A stretch of DNA of 64,000 nucleotides from Geobacteraceae bacterium (GCA_036518435.1 DATDNF010000034.1:12446-76445); one strand, 5' to 3'. Counted from the first letter of the stretch, positions 28,911 through 40,286 are shown. Notes: generated from the sequence alone by a model not told the origin. A program made the numbers and translations.

Positions 28911-29581
28911 TCAGGGTCCTTTTGTCCCGCTCCCAGTTCGGCCATGGTGTAGCCCGGGCCGAACAGCCTGGTGAGCAGGTGGTCTATTTCAGCAGTGGAG
29001 CGGTTCCTGATCATGGCCGGCAGGTCATGGCCGGTCAGATTGGTAAAAAGACCCTTATTGTACGCGCTGTTACCCTTTTCAGTCAACAGCTTTTCGCGGA
29101 CTTTGCCGAGCAGGATAAGAGCGGTTTCATATTCCGGGCCGAAGTGCCCCTCCAGCTCGTCGCGGATACGGCGCGCCAGGGCCGGCGATGTGCCGCCGGT
29201 CGAGACCGCGATCTGGAGCCCTCCCCTGGTGAGCACGGCCGGCAGGGTGAAGGCGCCGAGCTCCGGAGCGTCGGCGACATTGGCCGGGATGCCGCGGGAC
29301 TTTGCCTCGTCGGCCACGGCCCTGTTGACCGCAGGGTTGTCGGTGGCGGCAAAGGCGAGCATTCCCCCCGCCAGGTCTCCCGGCGCGAACTCCCGGGCCA
29401 GGTGAACGATCTTTCCGTCGTCACGCAGCGACCGGAGGCGGCCGTCGAGGTCCGGCGCGATCACCGTCACCCTCGCCCCGGCGTCGAGCAGGCGCAGGCA
29501 CTTCCGGGCGGCCACGGCGCCACCTCCCACGACAACCACCGGCCGGTCGCTGAGCGCGAGATTTATCGGGAAATGTCGCAT
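28907..29581 (-). CDS. sirC: Precorrin-2 dehydrogenase / sirohydrochlorin ferrochelatase (siroheme synthase N-terminal domain)
   Basis: VVVVGGGAVAARK Rossmann motif, CysG N-terminal-like. Confidence 0.7.
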   Translation of the reverse strand: MRHFPINLALSDRPVVVVGGGAVAARKCLRLLDAGARVTVIAPDLDGRLRSLRDDGKIVHLAREFAPGDLAGGMLAFAATDNPAVNRAVADEAKSRGIPANVADAPELGAFTLPAVLTRGGLQIAVSTGGTSPALARRIRDELEGHFGPEYETALILLGKVREKLLTEKGNSAYNKGLFTNLTGHDLPAMIRNRSTAEIDHLLTRLFGPGYTMAELGAGQKDPE

Positions 29582-29807
29582 AGTCCCGCCCTTTCTCCGC
29601 GTGCTTCCGCTGATGGAGTAACGGAATGCTGCGCGGTACAGGGTGTAACTCTATACCTTATTGCAGATTTAATCAATAGCCCCGCACCTCCTGCGGGAGC
29701 CAACAGCGCCCGGCGAGCCCATTTACTCCTTGATTTTTTCCGGCGTTCGGTTATACTTTTCGCACTTTTCTTATTTAAAATTACAATATCTCAAAAGGAG
29801 AAATTTA

Positions 29808-30137
29808 ATGGCCAGCGAAAAGGTATTCACATTCGGCGACGATAATTTCGATGCGGAAGTATTGCAGTCCGGGCTCCCGGTGCTCGTGGATTTCTGGGCC
29901 ACCTGGTGCGCCCCCTGCAAAGCCATTGCCCCGGTGATCGATGCCATTGCCGGCGATTACGACGGCAAAGTCAAGGTGGGCAAGGTCAACGTCGATGACA
30001 ATCCCGGTATCCCGGGCAAATACGGGGTGCGTGGGATTCCGACGGTCATCCTCTTCAAGGACGGCAAGGTGGTGGACCAGGTGGTGGGGGCCGTGCCCAA
30101 GGCGCAGCTTGAGGCGCTCATCAAGAAGGCGCTTTAG
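29808..30137 (+). CDS. trxA: Thioredoxin
   Basis: WATWCAPCK active site. AAAGGAG ribosome-binding site. Confidence 0.9.
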   Translation: MASEKVFTFGDDNFDAEVLQSGLPVLVDFWATWCAPCKAIAPVIDAIAGDYDGKVKVGKVNVDDNPGIPGKYGVRGIPTVILFKDGKVVDQVVGAVPKAQLEALIKKAL

Positions 30138-30157
30138 GAGTCCGAAAGGAAACAGTT

Positions 30158-30670
30158 ATGAGATTTTTCAGCAAAACGCGCACGGTCTGGCTGGTCGCGG
30201 CGCTGGCAGCGGCCTTGACAATCCCCCTGGCGGCCTCAGCCGCCGTCCGCAAGGGCGAGCAGGCCCCTCCTTTGAAGGTGGTGAGCACTGCCGGGCAGAA
30301 CATCACCCTTGCCAACTACCAGGGGCACGTGCTGGTCCTCGACTTTTTCGCCAGTTGGTGCGGCCCGTGCCGGGAATCGATCCCCCACCTGGTTGAGCTG
30401 AACAGCAGATACGGCAGGCAGGGGCTGCAGATTCTCGGCCTGAGCGCCGATGAAGACAGGGTGGCGGTCAAGGAATTCATCGCCGAGAAAAAGATCAACT
30501 ACCCGGTTGCCATGACTAACGACAAGCTCCTGGACGATTACGCGGTCCGTTCCATCCCCACCCTGTATGTCATTAACAAGAAGGGGGTCGTGGTCGGGAG
30601 GTTCATGGGTTTTTCCGACGAGACGGCAAAGTCCATGGAGGCGCAGATCAAGAAACTGCTGGCGGAATAG
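30158..30670 (+). CDS. Periplasmic thiol:disulfide oxidoreductase (TlpA/ResA-like)
   Basis: Signal peptide plus FFASWCGPCR motif. Confidence 0.75.
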   Translation: MRFFSKTRTVWLVAALAAALTIPLAASAAVRKGEQAPPLKVVSTAGQNITLANYQGHVLVLDFFASWCGPCRESIPHLVELNSRYGRQGLQILGLSADEDRVAVKEFIAEKKINYPVAMTNDKLLDDYAVRSIPTLYVINKKGVVVGRFMGFSDETAKSMEAQIKKLLAE

Positions 30671-30695
30671 GGAAAATTCCCCCATGATGCGACAA

Positions 30696-30727
30696 AAGCG
30701 GCGATCAGAAAATCGCTGCTTTTTTTA
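30696..30727 (+). terminator. Rho-independent terminator
   Basis: AGCGGCGAT…ATCGCTGCT hairpin followed by TTTTTTT. Confidence 0.5.
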
Positions 30728-30982
30728 TGCCGAAGCTGTTCCCTTCCTCCGCCAGCCGCACGAACATCCCCCCTTCCTGTTGACTCTCCCCTGAAGCTGT
30801 ACGCAGTGGACGGCTATTATTTTCTTGCACAAAATGCGCAGGTAAGTATATTTAAGCATTGCTTCATTATGCTCGGCAAAGGCGCGTGGCCGAGGATGCA
30901 CGCCGCTGAACGAGGACAGTTTCAGCCCTGCCAGCAGGTTCCCGCATTGATTGTTATTGTCTCACTGTAAAGGAGGATTTAC

Positions 30983-33019
30983 ATGGCGGAGTTCGTCGCT
31001 GCACACCTGTCACTGGTCATCACGTTGGCGGCCGTCGCCGCAGGCGTGCTCATTCTCGCCTATTATTCGATCATCATCGTCGCCGGCAGCGAGATGGCGG
31101 TAATGGAACGGCGCTGGTTCGGAAGGAAAATGCCGCAGGGGCGTGTCGTCGCCATGGGGAACGAGGTCGGCATCCAGGCCAGGACACTCGGCCCCGGCAT
31201 GCATTTCCTGATCCCGTTCATCTACGTGGCGCGAAAGTACCCGTTCGTCGAGATCAAGGACGGCGAGATCGGGATCATTGAGGCGATCGACGGCAACCCG
31301 ATCCCGCCGGGGCGGATCTTCGCCCAAGTGGTCGAGGGGCACAACGCGTTCCAGGACGGCGAGGCGTTTCTGAGCAACGGCGGCCAGAAGGGGCCCCAGA
31401 TCCAGATCGTCCCGCCGGGGAAATACCGGATCAATCCGTACCAGTTCAACGTCACCAAGGCGACCGCGGTCGTTGTCGACAAGGGGAAAGTAGGCGTCGT
31501 GACCGCCATGGACGGCCAGAAAATCCCGGCCGGGCGGCTCCTGGGGCAGAGCGTGGCGGGCCACTCCAATTTCGAGAACGGCCAGGCCTTCCTGGAAAAC
31601 GGCGGCCAGAAGGGGCCGCAGATCGATATTCTCCAGCCGGGCACCTACCGGATCAACCTGAACCTGTTCCAGGTGGAGATCCATGACGCGACCGTCATCC
31701 CGGCCAACAACGTGGGCCTCGTCACCGCCCTGGACGGCAACCCGCTCCCGGAAACGGAATACATCGCCAAGTCGGTCACCGGCCACGACGACTACCAGAA
31801 CGCCCAGTTCCTCGCCGCCGGCGGCCAGCGCGGACCGCAGCTGGACGTGCTCCGCCCCGGCACCTACTACGTCAACCCGCTGATGTTCAAGGTGGAGCTG
31901 GACGAGGTCGCCGTGGTGGAACGGGGGCAGGTGGCGGTGGTCATCTCCAACGTGGGGGAAGAGCCGACCGAGGAGATGAAGCGGCGCCTCACCTCGTCCC
32001 AGACCGACGGCGCGACCGAAGCCGAGGAAGCACGGGAGCGCTACGTGGTCCCCAAGGGGTACCGCGGCATCCAGGAGGAGGTCGCCGGGCCGGGGCGCTA
32101 CTACCTGAACAAGCGGGCTTTCATCCCCTACATCATCGACACCACCAACATCACCATCGACTGGGACAACTCCGACAATACCCGCTTCGACCCCTTGAAG
32201 GTGATTTCCAAGGACGGCTTCCCGATCGACGTCTCGGTCAAGGTGGTGGTCAGGGTCCGGCCGGACCAGGCGCCGTACATGGTGGCCAAGGTCGGCTCCA
32301 TCGAAAACCTGATCCTGCACGTCATCCACCCGATGATCGACTCGTCGTTCCGTAACCAGGCCTCCTCCACCTCGGCCATGAACTTCCTGCAGAACCGCCA
32401 GGAGGAGCAGACCCGGGCCGAGGACCGGGCCCGCACCAGCCTGGAGAAGTACCACGTGGAGTGCGTGTCGGTCCTCATCTGCCAGATCAACCTCCCCCAG
32501 GAGCTGATGGAGACCCAGACCAAGCGGATCATCGCCGAGCAGCAGAAGCAGATGTTCGCCATGCAGCAGGAGGCGGAGGCGGCCCGGATTTCCACCGAGA
32601 AAACCCGCGCCACCGCCGACCAGCAGGGAGAGCTGGTGAAGGCGGAGATCGGCGTCAAGGTCGCCGACCAGCAGAAACAGAAGACCATCGTGCTGGCCCA
32701 GGGGGATGCAGAGGGGATCAGGCTGCGTGGCGAGGGGGAGGCGAAGAAGATCGAGGCGATAGGGCAGGCGACCGCCGAGGCATACCGGAAGCAGAACGCG
32801 GCCCTGGGTCAGCAGGCGATCACCGCCATCGAGGTGATCAAGCGGGTCGCCGAGGGGAACATCCGGATCACCCCCGACATCCTGGTGGCCGGCGAAAAGG
32901 GGGGGCTCCTCGACATACTACTGGCACAGCTGGTCAAGAAGGGGGCGGCACCGGCAACAGGTGCCGACGTGGTCCCCTCCGGGCCGGTTGATGCCGGCGG
33001 GCAAGGGCCAGTTGCCTGA
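30983..33019 (+). CDS. Flotillin/SPFH-family membrane protein with three ~75-aa tandem internal repeats
   Basis: N-terminal transmembrane segment. 3x repeat (GGQ[KR]GPQ[IL][DQ][IV]…PG[KT]Y[RY][IV]N). C-terminal Ala/Gln/Glu-rich coiled coil typical of flotillins. Confidence 0.6.
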   Translation: MAEFVAAHLSLVITLAAVAAGVLILAYYSIIIVAGSEMAVMERRWFGRKMPQGRVVAMGNEVGIQARTLGPGMHFLIPFIYVARKYPFVEIKDGEIGIIEAIDGNPIPPGRIFAQVVEGHNAFQDGEAFLSNGGQKGPQIQIVPPGKYRINPYQFNVTKATAVVVDKGKVGVVTAMDGQKIPAGRLLGQSVAGHSNFENGQAFLENGGQKGPQIDILQPGTYRINLNLFQVEIHDATVIPANNVGLVTALDGNPLPETEYIAKSVTGHDDYQNAQFLAAGGQRGPQLDVLRPGTYYVNPLMFKVELDEVAVVERGQVAVVISNVGEEPTEEMKRRLTSSQTDGATEAEEARERYVVPKGYRGIQEEVAGPGRYYLNKRAFIPYIIDTTNITIDWDNSDNTRFDPLKVISKDGFPIDVSVKVVVRVRPDQAPYMVAKVGSIENLILHVIHPMIDSSFRNQASSTSAMNFLQNRQEEQTRAEDRARTSLEKYHVECVSVLICQINLPQELMETQTKRIIAEQQKQMFAMQQEAEAARISTEKTRATADQQGELVKAEIGVKVADQQKQKTIVLAQGDAEGIRLRGEGEAKKIEAIGQATAEAYRKQNAALGQQAITAIEVIKRVAEGNIRITPDILVAGEKGGLLDILLAQLVKKGAAPATGADVVPSGPVDAGGQGPVA

Positions 33020-33074
33020 CCGGGGTAACTACACTCTCCCCAAATGCTCTCCTTCGTGCTATGATGCCGCTGCC

Positions 33075-34538
33075 ATGGAAAACGGAATCCAGAACCAGAC
33101 CGTGTCGGACGCCGGCTCCGCTGTGCAATCGCCCGAGCCGGAGATCGCGCCTGTTCGTGCCGGGGAGCGAACGGGTAATCCCTGGCGAAACCTGCTGAGG
33201 AACCTCCGCTGCGGGGTGCGGCTTGCCCTGCTGAGCCGGGTGACAATCGACGAGTTGCGCGTTGCGCCGGGGGACCTGGCCCTCCTTGCCGTTACCGACC
33301 TCGCCTTCAACCTGTTCATCTCCTTCCTCCTGGTCGGGAGCGGCGGGTCGCTTGCCTTCTCGACGTTTCCCTCCTTTTTCTGCCACCTTCCGCTCATGCT
33401 CCTTGTGGGCCTCCTGGCGGGGAGGTGTCTTTCGCGCCCCATTCTCACAACCGCCGTCCCCGTGGCGCTGGTCGCCTTGAGCGTCCCCCTCGAGCTCTGC
33501 CACGGCGCGCTGGAGGGGATGATGCAGCTCCCCCGGCTGGGGTGGCTGTCGGACTACCTGGCCGCCCGACACTACTACCGCTTCTTCTGGTGGTGGGTTG
33601 CCGCGGCAGCCATCTTCCTCGCCCGGCTCGGGCCGGCGCCGAAGATTCGCCGCGCCGCGGCCGTAATCCTCTTCCTGGCGCTTCTCGCCACCCCGTTCTG
33701 GTTCTTTCCCCGCGGCGACCTCTGGGTGAGCGCCGCAGAAAGTCCCGAAGGCGGCGAGCTCCACCTCACCGAGGAGGTCCTCTCCGCCCAGGCGCGGCTC
33801 CTCGATGAGCAGCTGGCCGGGCTCCTCCCCGGGGAAAGAGGCGCGGCCAACCTCTACTTCGTCGGCTTCGCCGGAGATGCGAGCCAGGACGTCTTCACCA
33901 GGGAGCTGACGGCGGTGGAGCGGCTTTTTGCCGAGCGGTTCGGCACCGACGGCCGCGCGGTTACCCTCGCCAACAACCCTCGTACCGCCACTACCCTCCC
34001 CTTTGCCACCGCCGCCAACCTGGGACGGGCGCTGGAGCGGGTAGGCCACGTGATGAACCGCGACGAGGATGTCCTCTTCCTGTTCCTCACCTCCCACGGT
34101 TCGCCGGAGCAGGTGCTGGCGGTGGACAACCCCCCCCTGGAGCTGGACGGGCTCACGCCGGAGATGGTCCGGCGGATGCTGAAGAAGTCCGGTATCACCT
34201 GGAAGGTGATCGTCGTGTCCGCCTGCTACGCGGGGGGCTTTATCGACCCCCTCAAGGACGACCACACCCTCATCGTCACCGCGGCCGACGCCAGCCACGA
34301 GTCGTTCGGCTGCCAGAACGGCGAGGGGTTCACCTGGTTCGGCCGGGCCTATTTCGACGAGGCGCTGCGCCACACCCGGTCCTTCACGGCCGCCTTTGCC
34401 CGGGCGCGGGAGACGATCCGCCAATGGGAGAAGCGGGAGGGGGAGACCCCCTCCAATCCCCAGATCTGGGTGGGGAAGGCGATGGAGCGGAAGCTCGCCT
34501 GCCGGGAAAACCGGCGGGCGGCCGGGACGCAGCCGTGA
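33075..34538 (+). CDS. Membrane-anchored clan-CD (C13 legumain-like) cysteine peptidase-like protein
   Basis: N-terminal polytopic domain. C-terminal LFLFLTSHGS and KVIVVSACYAGGF give a His/Cys dyad. Confidence 0.5.
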   Translation: MENGIQNQTVSDAGSAVQSPEPEIAPVRAGERTGNPWRNLLRNLRCGVRLALLSRVTIDELRVAPGDLALLAVTDLAFNLFISFLLVGSGGSLAFSTFPSFFCHLPLMLLVGLLAGRCLSRPILTTAVPVALVALSVPLELCHGALEGMMQLPRLGWLSDYLAARHYYRFFWWWVAAAAIFLARLGPAPKIRRAAAVILFLALLATPFWFFPRGDLWVSAAESPEGGELHLTEEVLSAQARLLDEQLAGLLPGERGAANLYFVGFAGDASQDVFTRELTAVERLFAERFGTDGRAVTLANNPRTATTLPFATAANLGRALERVGHVMNRDEDVLFLFLTSHGSPEQVLAVDNPPLELDGLTPEMVRRMLKKSGITWKVIVVSACYAGGFIDPLKDDHTLIVTAADASHESFGCQNGEGFTWFGRAYFDEALRHTRSFTAAFARARETIRQWEKREGETPSNPQIWVGKAMERKLACRENRRAAGTQP

Positions 34539-34656
34539 TCGTGTTTTTGCCTTTACCCCTTACCGCCGGTTGGGTATAGTGCATGACAGATCGTTGTGAA
34601 TAAATTTCGCCTCCGGCACAGCACTGCGCAGCAACCGGAGAAAGAGGTGAAAAGAC

Positions 34657-34980
34657 ATGGGCAAAGAGCTGTATGTGGGACACATCTCGGAGAGGGCCAC
34701 GGAAAACGATCTGTTCAAGCTGTTTTCCGTGGCGGGGACCGTTACTTCGGTCCATCTGATCACCGATCCCCAGACCGGCGAGTTCAAAGGGTGCGGCTAT
34801 GTGCGGATGGCAACCGATGCCGAAGCCAAAGAGGCGATCGAAACCCTGGACGGCGCCCTCCTTATCGACCGGGTTGTCCTCGTGAGCGAAGCGCGGCCGC
34901 AAAAACCCAAGGGGCGCCCCTTCGGCGCCGGCCGCGGCAAGCCGGGGCCGGCCAACCGTGCCGGGAGAGGCCGGAAGTAA
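34657..34980 (+). CDS. RRM-domain RNA-binding protein
   Basis: LYVGHIS…KGCGYVRMA are RNP2/RNP1-like motifs. Gly/Arg-rich tail. Confidence 0.8.
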   Translation: MGKELYVGHISERATENDLFKLFSVAGTVTSVHLITDPQTGEFKGCGYVRMATDAEAKEAIETLDGALLIDRVVLVSEARPQKPKGRPFGAGRGKPGPANRAGRGRK

Positions 34981-35084
34981 CCGCGTCCGGGGGGCACTCC
35001 CTGTTTTCCCCCATACAGGTTTGCAGGGCAAAAAGGGATTGCCGCCGGCCGGGCAATGGTGATATAAACAGGATGTACGTGAAC

Positions 35085-35111
35085 CACAGGGATCATCTCT
35101 GTGGTTTTTTA
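35085..35111 (+). terminator. Rho-independent terminator
   Basis: CCACAG-GGATCATCT-CTGTGG followed by TTTTTT. Confidence 0.55.
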
Positions 35112-35148
35112 TTCCGACAGATTAAATCCGGGAACATGACATTACCTC

Positions 35149-35631
35149 ATGAATAAAGAGAGAATTCTCCAACTCATCATCGAACGCCTCGCCGCAGACC
35201 TCAACGTGCTGCTCAATGCCGCCAAAGCCGCCCATGAAGCCGCCATTCACGAGGAAAGCATGCCGGATAACGAGTATGACACCCTGAGCCTGGAAGCCTC
35301 CTATGTCGCCCAGGGGCAGGCAAACCGTGCCCAGGAAATCAAGCGCGCCCTGGAAGCATACAAGGTTCTGTGTCTGCGCCAGTTTGCTCCGGATGCCGCG
35401 ATCCGCCTCACTGCGCTGGTGACACTCGAAGCCGGGGATGGCATGGAAAAGAGGGTGTTCATCGGTCCCGAGGCGGGCGGCCTGAAAGTGACGGATGACG
35501 GTGGCGAGGTTGTCGTCATCTCGCCCTCCTCTCCGCTCGGCCAAGGGTTGATCGGCAAGGTGGCCGGGGACCGGGTGATGATCGGGCGAGGCAGTCTGGA
35601 GAAGGAATTCGAGATCGTTGCCCTCTGCTGA
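35149..35631 (+). CDS. GreA/GreB-family transcription elongation factor
   Basis: C-terminal FKBP-like GreA domain pattern (…SPLGQGLIGKVAGDRV…). Confidence 0.65.
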   Translation: MNKERILQLIIERLAADLNVLLNAAKAAHEAAIHEESMPDNEYDTLSLEASYVAQGQANRAQEIKRALEAYKVLCLRQFAPDAAIRLTALVTLEAGDGMEKRVFIGPEAGGLKVTDDGGEVVVISPSSPLGQGLIGKVAGDRVMIGRGSLEKEFEIVALC

Positions 35632-35775
35632 GAGTGTTTTTCCCCGCGGGCATTGCTGTTTTCCCTCCATTTTGCGTCGCTGCCAAGAGCGCTCGGGCGT
35701 TTTTTGTTGCCCCTCTTTGACGCCGTTTCCCGCCGGTGATAGACTGTTACCTACGCGGTACGAAAGGATGCTTCT

Positions 35776-36090
35776 ATGCGCACCATCATTGTCGCCATCG
35801 TCATGTCACTTCTTCTTGCTCCCCCGGGCTGGGCCGATAACGCCTTCAAGGAAGGGGGGAAAGAGGTCGGCCAAGGGTTCAAGAAGATGGGGAAGGAGAC
35901 CGGCAAGGCCTTCAAGGAGGGGGGGAAGGACGTGGGCCAAGGTTTTAAGGAGATGGGGAAGGAGACCGGCCACGAGACGAAGAAGGCGGGGAAGACCACG
36001 GGGGAGTGGTTCCGGGAGACGGGCCGCAAGACCGGCGCGGCATTCAGTGAGATGGGGCGGGGGATCAGGAAGTTCTTCAAAGGTGAGTAG
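35776..36090 (+). CDS. Small secreted Lys/Gly-rich repeat protein
   Basis: Signal peptide. ~11-aa repeats (GKE[TV]G[KQ][AG]FK[EK][GM]). Confidence 0.5.
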   Translation: MRTIIVAIVMSLLLAPPGWADNAFKEGGKEVGQGFKKMGKETGKAFKEGGKDVGQGFKEMGKETGHETKKAGKTTGEWFRETGRKTGAAFSEMGRGIRKFFKGE

Positions 36091-36145
36091 GGGGAGCCCC
36101 TGCTGTACGATGCATGGTTATGCCATGCGTGAAAAGGAGATTGCC

Positions 36146-36469
36146 ATGAAATACGGTCTGACGAGGGTGACCATCGCAGCCGTGCTGATCTGCTGCACGT
36201 CCATCTGCGCCCCCCTTGCCATTGCCGACGAATCCACGGCCCCCAAATTCCCCTACGAAAAAGCAAAAAAGGTTTTGTTCGATTATTTGAGAAAAACAGA
36301 CGAGAAAAATGTGTTCATTTTCGGCTACCGCATGGTCAGCAGCAGTGAAGCGGAAATGCACTACCTTATTCGTAATATTTATGTAGGGCCGATGAAAGCG
36401 CTTCTCCTCAATACCGATTCCGGCCGGCGGTGGTATATTATGGCAAACCCGCCGCTGCCTCTGGAATGA
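36146..36469 (+). CDS. Small secreted protein or lipoprotein, unknown function
   Basis: AAAAGGAGA ribosome-binding site. Signal-like N-terminus. Confidence 0.4.
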   Translation: MKYGLTRVTIAAVLICCTSICAPLAIADESTAPKFPYEKAKKVLFDYLRKTDEKNVFIFGYRMVSSSEAEMHYLIRNIYVGPMKALLLNTDSGRRWYIMANPPLPLE

Positions 36470-36558
36470 GCGATGGGGAAGATGGGATTTGGCCGGCCGG
36501 GGGAAGGACATAGCGTCATCGCGGGGCTAAGGGGGCGGGAGCGGCAAAATCGGGAGAG

Positions 36559-36747
36559 CTAGCTCTCCTTGGTGTCGTTGTCCTTCTTCGGTTTGATCTC
36601 GATCTCGTCCTTCCCTTCCGAAGCCTTTTTGAAGTTCCTGATGCTCTTGCCGAAGGCGCTCCCTATCTCCGGGAGCCTGCCGGCGCCGAAAATTACCAGG
36701 ACAATGACAAGAATGATGATCAGTTCAGGCATGCCGAATCCGAACAT
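36559..36747 (-). CDS. tatA: Twin-arginine translocase subunit TatA/E
   Basis: [47 protein letters not shown] ribosome-binding site. Confidence 0.8.
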   Translation of the reverse strand: MFGFGMPELIIILVIVLVIFGAGRLPEIGSAFGKSIRNFKKASEGKDEIEIKPKKDNDTKES

Positions 36748-36989
36748 GTAACCCTCCAACGTTTTTTCGAAAGTATCGCATTCCTGCCGGAAAAAATCAA
36801 GCATGGCGTTGTCTCTCGACGACGCCGTATGACAACGTCAGATTTGAGATGATACCAAGGCGGCAAAGAGGAGGCGGCCGAGGCGTACTGGAGGTACGTC
36901 GAGGAAGCCGACGACTTGCCAACGCAGGTAGCGCTCAAATATGGCGTTGTCCCTATGCAAGTAAGCACGGATCGTGGTAGACTTCCCCC

Positions 36990-38984
36990 ATGGACAGTTT
37001 CAGACTGGTGAGCGACTACAAGCCGCGGGGCGACCAGCCGCGGGCGATCGGCGAGCTTTCCGAGGGGATCGTGCGGGGGGACCGGGACCAGGTGCTCCTG
37101 GGGGTGACCGGCTCCGGCAAGACTTTTACCATGGCGAACGTGATTGCCAACACGGGGCGGCCCGCACTCATCCTGGCGCCCAACAAGACGCTGGCCGCCC
37201 AGCTGTATGGCGAGTTCAAGGAGCTCTTTCCCGACAACGCCGTGGAGTACTTCGTCTCCTACTACGACTACTACCAGCCGGAAGCGTATCTCCCCACCAC
37301 CGACACCTTCATCGAGAAGGACTCCTCCATCAACGACGAGATCGACAAGATGCGTCACTCCGCCACCAGGAGCCTCCTTACCCGGCGCGACGTCATCATC
37401 GTCGCCTCGGTTTCCTGCATTTACGGCATCGGCTCCCCCGCCGAATACCAGGCGATGCACGTCTTCTTCCACCAGGGTGACGAGGTCGGCCGGGACGAGT
37501 TGCTGAAGAAGCTGGTGGCGATCCAGTACGAGCGCAACGACATCGATTTCCACCGCGGCACCTTCCGGGTGCGGGGGGACATCGTCGAGATCTTCCCGGC
37601 CCACGAGGAGGAGCGGGCGCTCCGGATCGAGTTCTTCGGCGACACGGTGGAGGCGATTTCCGAGATCGACCCGCTGCGCGGCCAGGTAATCCAGCGGCTT
37701 GCCAAGTGCGCCGTCTATCCGGCGTCCCACTACGTCGCCACCCGCGAAACCCTGGACCGGGCCATTGAGGAGATACGGGGCGACCTGCTGGAGCGGCTCC
37801 AGTGGTTTCGCGCGGAGAACATGCTGGTAGAGGCCCAACGCCTGGAGCAGCGGACCATGTTCGACCTGGAGATGATGGAGGAGATGGGGTTCTGCCAGGG
37901 GATCGAGAACTACTCCCGTTATTTCGACGGCCGCCGGCCCGGCGAGCCCCCCTACACGCTTATCGACTACTTTCCGAAGGATTTCCTCCTGTTCATCGAC
38001 GAGTCCCACATCACCGTATCCCAGGTGGGGGGGATGTACCGCGGCGACCGGAGCCGCAAGGAGACCCTGGTCAACTACGGGTTCCGCCTCCCCTCAGCCC
38101 TTGACAACCGCCCCCTCACCTTCAGGGAGTTCGCCGGGAAATTGAACCAGACCGTTTATGTTTCCGCCACCCCCGCCGACTACGAGCTCCGGCAGGCCCA
38201 GGGCGTGGTGGTGGAGCAGGTGATCCGCCCCACTGGCCTGATCGACCCGGAGATCGCCGTGAGACCCGCCTCGGGGCAGGTGGACGATCTCCTCCACGAG
38301 ATCCGCGAAACCGTCGCCCGGGGGGAGCGGGTGCTGGTCACCACCCTTACCAAGCGGATGGCCGAGGACCTGACCGACTACTACCGGGAACTGGGGGTGC
38401 GGGTGAAATACCTCCACTCGGACATCGACACCATCCAGCGGATGCAGATCATCCGCGACCTCCGCCTGGGGGAATGCGACGTCCTGGTCGGGATCAACCT
38501 GCTGCGCGAAGGGCTCGACATCCCGGAGGTGTCGCTGGTGGCGATCCTCGATGCCGACAAGGAGGGGTTCCTGCGCAGCGCCCGCTCCCTCATCCAGACT
38601 TGCGGCCGGGCCGCGCGCAACCTGGCCGGCCGGGTCATCATGTACGCCGACAAGGTGACCGGCTCCATGCAGGAGTGCCTCGACGAGACCAGCCGGCGGC
38701 GGACCATACAGACGGCGTACAACAGGGAGCACAACATCACCCCGCAGAGCGTGAAAAAGGGGTTGCGCACCATCCTGGAGTCGATCGAGGAGCACGACTA
38801 CTACACCATCCCGGTCGCCGCCGAGGCGCAGGAGGAGTACGTGGCGGTCGACAAGATCCCGCAGATGGTGAAGCGGCTTCGCAAGGAGATGCTCGCCGCG
38901 GCCAGGGAGCTCGACTTCGAGAAGGCTGCCGCGTTTCGGGACCGGATCAGGAAGCTGGAGGGTACGGAACTGGCGCTGAAATGA
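36990..38984 (+). CDS. uvrB: Excinuclease ABC subunit B
   Basis: Canonical UvrB N-terminus and GSGKT Walker A. Confidence 0.95.
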   Translation: MDSFRLVSDYKPRGDQPRAIGELSEGIVRGDRDQVLLGVTGSGKTFTMANVIANTGRPALILAPNKTLAAQLYGEFKELFPDNAVEYFVSYYDYYQPEAYLPTTDTFIEKDSSINDEIDKMRHSATRSLLTRRDVIIVASVSCIYGIGSPAEYQAMHVFFHQGDEVGRDELLKKLVAIQYERNDIDFHRGTFRVRGDIVEIFPAHEEERALRIEFFGDTVEAISEIDPLRGQVIQRLAKCAVYPASHYVATRETLDRAIEEIRGDLLERLQWFRAENMLVEAQRLEQRTMFDLEMMEEMGFCQGIENYSRYFDGRRPGEPPYTLIDYFPKDFLLFIDESHITVSQVGGMYRGDRSRKETLVNYGFRLPSALDNRPLTFREFAGKLNQTVYVSATPADYELRQAQGVVVEQVIRPTGLIDPEIAVRPASGQVDDLLHEIRETVARGERVLVTTLTKRMAEDLTDYYRELGVRVKYLHSDIDTIQRMQIIRDLRLGECDVLVGINLLREGLDIPEVSLVAILDADKEGFLRSARSLIQTCGRAARNLAGRVIMYADKVTGSMQECLDETSRRRTIQTAYNREHNITPQSVKKGLRTILESIEEHDYYTIPVAAEAQEEYVAVDKIPQMVKRLRKEMLAAARELDFEKAAAFRDRIRKLEGTELALK

Positions 38985-39047
38985 GGGGGGGCGGCAGCAA
39001 TAACCCGGCCCCGGAATTCCCGCAGGGAAGTAGAGCCGGATGACGCC

Positions 39048-40286
39048 TCACGCATGTACCACGCGCAGCTTTGCCGAAACCTGCCGGTCGATGAAATACA
39101 TCATGACGACGGTCAGCATCATGGTGCAGATCGTGACGTAGCCGACGGTGTCGTAGTGCTGCAAAGGAGCCGTCCTGGCCGGCTGATAGACGATGAGACC
39201 GGCGACGAATGAAGCGATTCCCCCGGAAAATTGCTGAATGGAAGAATTTATCCCCATGTAGGCGCCACGGTCTTTCATGTTCGGCACGCCGGAGGTGAGC
39301 GCCGACGAAGAAATCATCCGCGACGAAATGCCCACCCAGAGGACGATGTTGGTCAGGATGATCACCCAGATGGGATTCGGCCCGAGGTTGGTGTAGACGA
39401 ACACCATCACCATCGACACCGCGCTGCCGAACACAAACAGCCGGTATTTCCCCAGCCGGTCGCTCAGCCTCCCCAGGATCGGGCCGGTGAAGATGGAAGC
39501 CAGGCCGGTGATGAAGAAGATCAGCGAGAGACGCGTTTCCGGGATCAGGATGTTGTTCACCAGGAACGCGCTGCTGAACGGCATGATCATGAAGCCGCCG
39601 GTGGCCAGCAGCATCGTTGCCATGAAGCCCCGCAGGTAGAAGGGATTCGACGCCGTATGCCAGAGATGGAGGAAGGCGCTTTTCTCCTGCCTGCCGTTCA
39701 AGTGGCCCGTGACCGGCTGCAGCCGCCACGCGATGACGATCCCGACCGGTGCCGCGACGGTCACGATCATCAGGAACGGGGCATGCCAGTCGAACCTGGT
39801 GGCGAGATAGAGGCCGATGGGGATGCCGAGCACCTGGCTGGCCGAAAAGGCCATCTGCACGAACCCCATTACCCGCCCCCTCACCTCCATCCGGAACGTA
39901 TCGGTGATGATCGCGAACGAGATCGAGCCGATCACCCCCCCGAAAACCCCGGTGACGATCCGCGCGCACAGCAGAAACGGGTAGCTGCCGACAACGCCGC
40001 AGAGCAGGGTCCCGAGGACGAAACCGGCGTAGAAGAAGAGCAGCATCCGCTTGCGGTCGAACCGGTCGGCAAAGCCGGCCGCCAGGAGCCCCGAGACCCC
40101 CGCACTGACGGCGTAGGCGGAAACCACCAGGCCGAACTGCGAGGTCGAGATCCCCATCGTCGGCATCAGGATGGCTCCCAGGGGGGAGAGGACCATGAAG
40201 TCGACGATCACGGTGAACTGCAGCAGGGACAGGATGGCGATGACGAATTTCTGGTACGGAGTGAAGGTGGCGGCCGTATCGCTCAT
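39048..40286 (-). CDS. MFS transporter
   Basis: 12-transmembrane pattern. [12 protein letters not shown] motif. Confidence 0.8.
   Translation of the reverse strand: MSDTAATFTPYQKFVIAILSLLQFTVIVDFMVLSPLGAILMPTMGISTSQFGLVVSAYAVSAGVSGLLAAGFADRFDRKRMLLFFYAGFVLGTLLCGVVGSYPFLLCARIVTGVFGGVIGSISFAIITDTFRMEVRGRVMGFVQMAFSASQVLGIPIGLYLATRFDWHAPFLMIVTVAAPVGIVIAWRLQPVTGHLNGRQEKSAFLHLWHTASNPFYLRGFMATMLLATGGFMIMPFSSAFLVNNILIPETRLSLIFFITGLASIFTGPILGRLSDRLGKYRLFVFGSAVSMVMVFVYTNLGPNPIWVIILTNIVLWVGISSRMISSSALTSGVPNMKDRGAYMGINSSIQQFSGGIASFVAGLIVYQPARTAPLQHYDTVGYVTICTMMLTVVMMYFIDRQVSAKLRVVHA

Noticed and set aside
36805-36990. Repeated 'atggcgttgtc' motifs upstream of uvrB as a putative LexA box
   Set aside because: They do not match a LexA consensus that I can state with confidence. 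Left uncalled.
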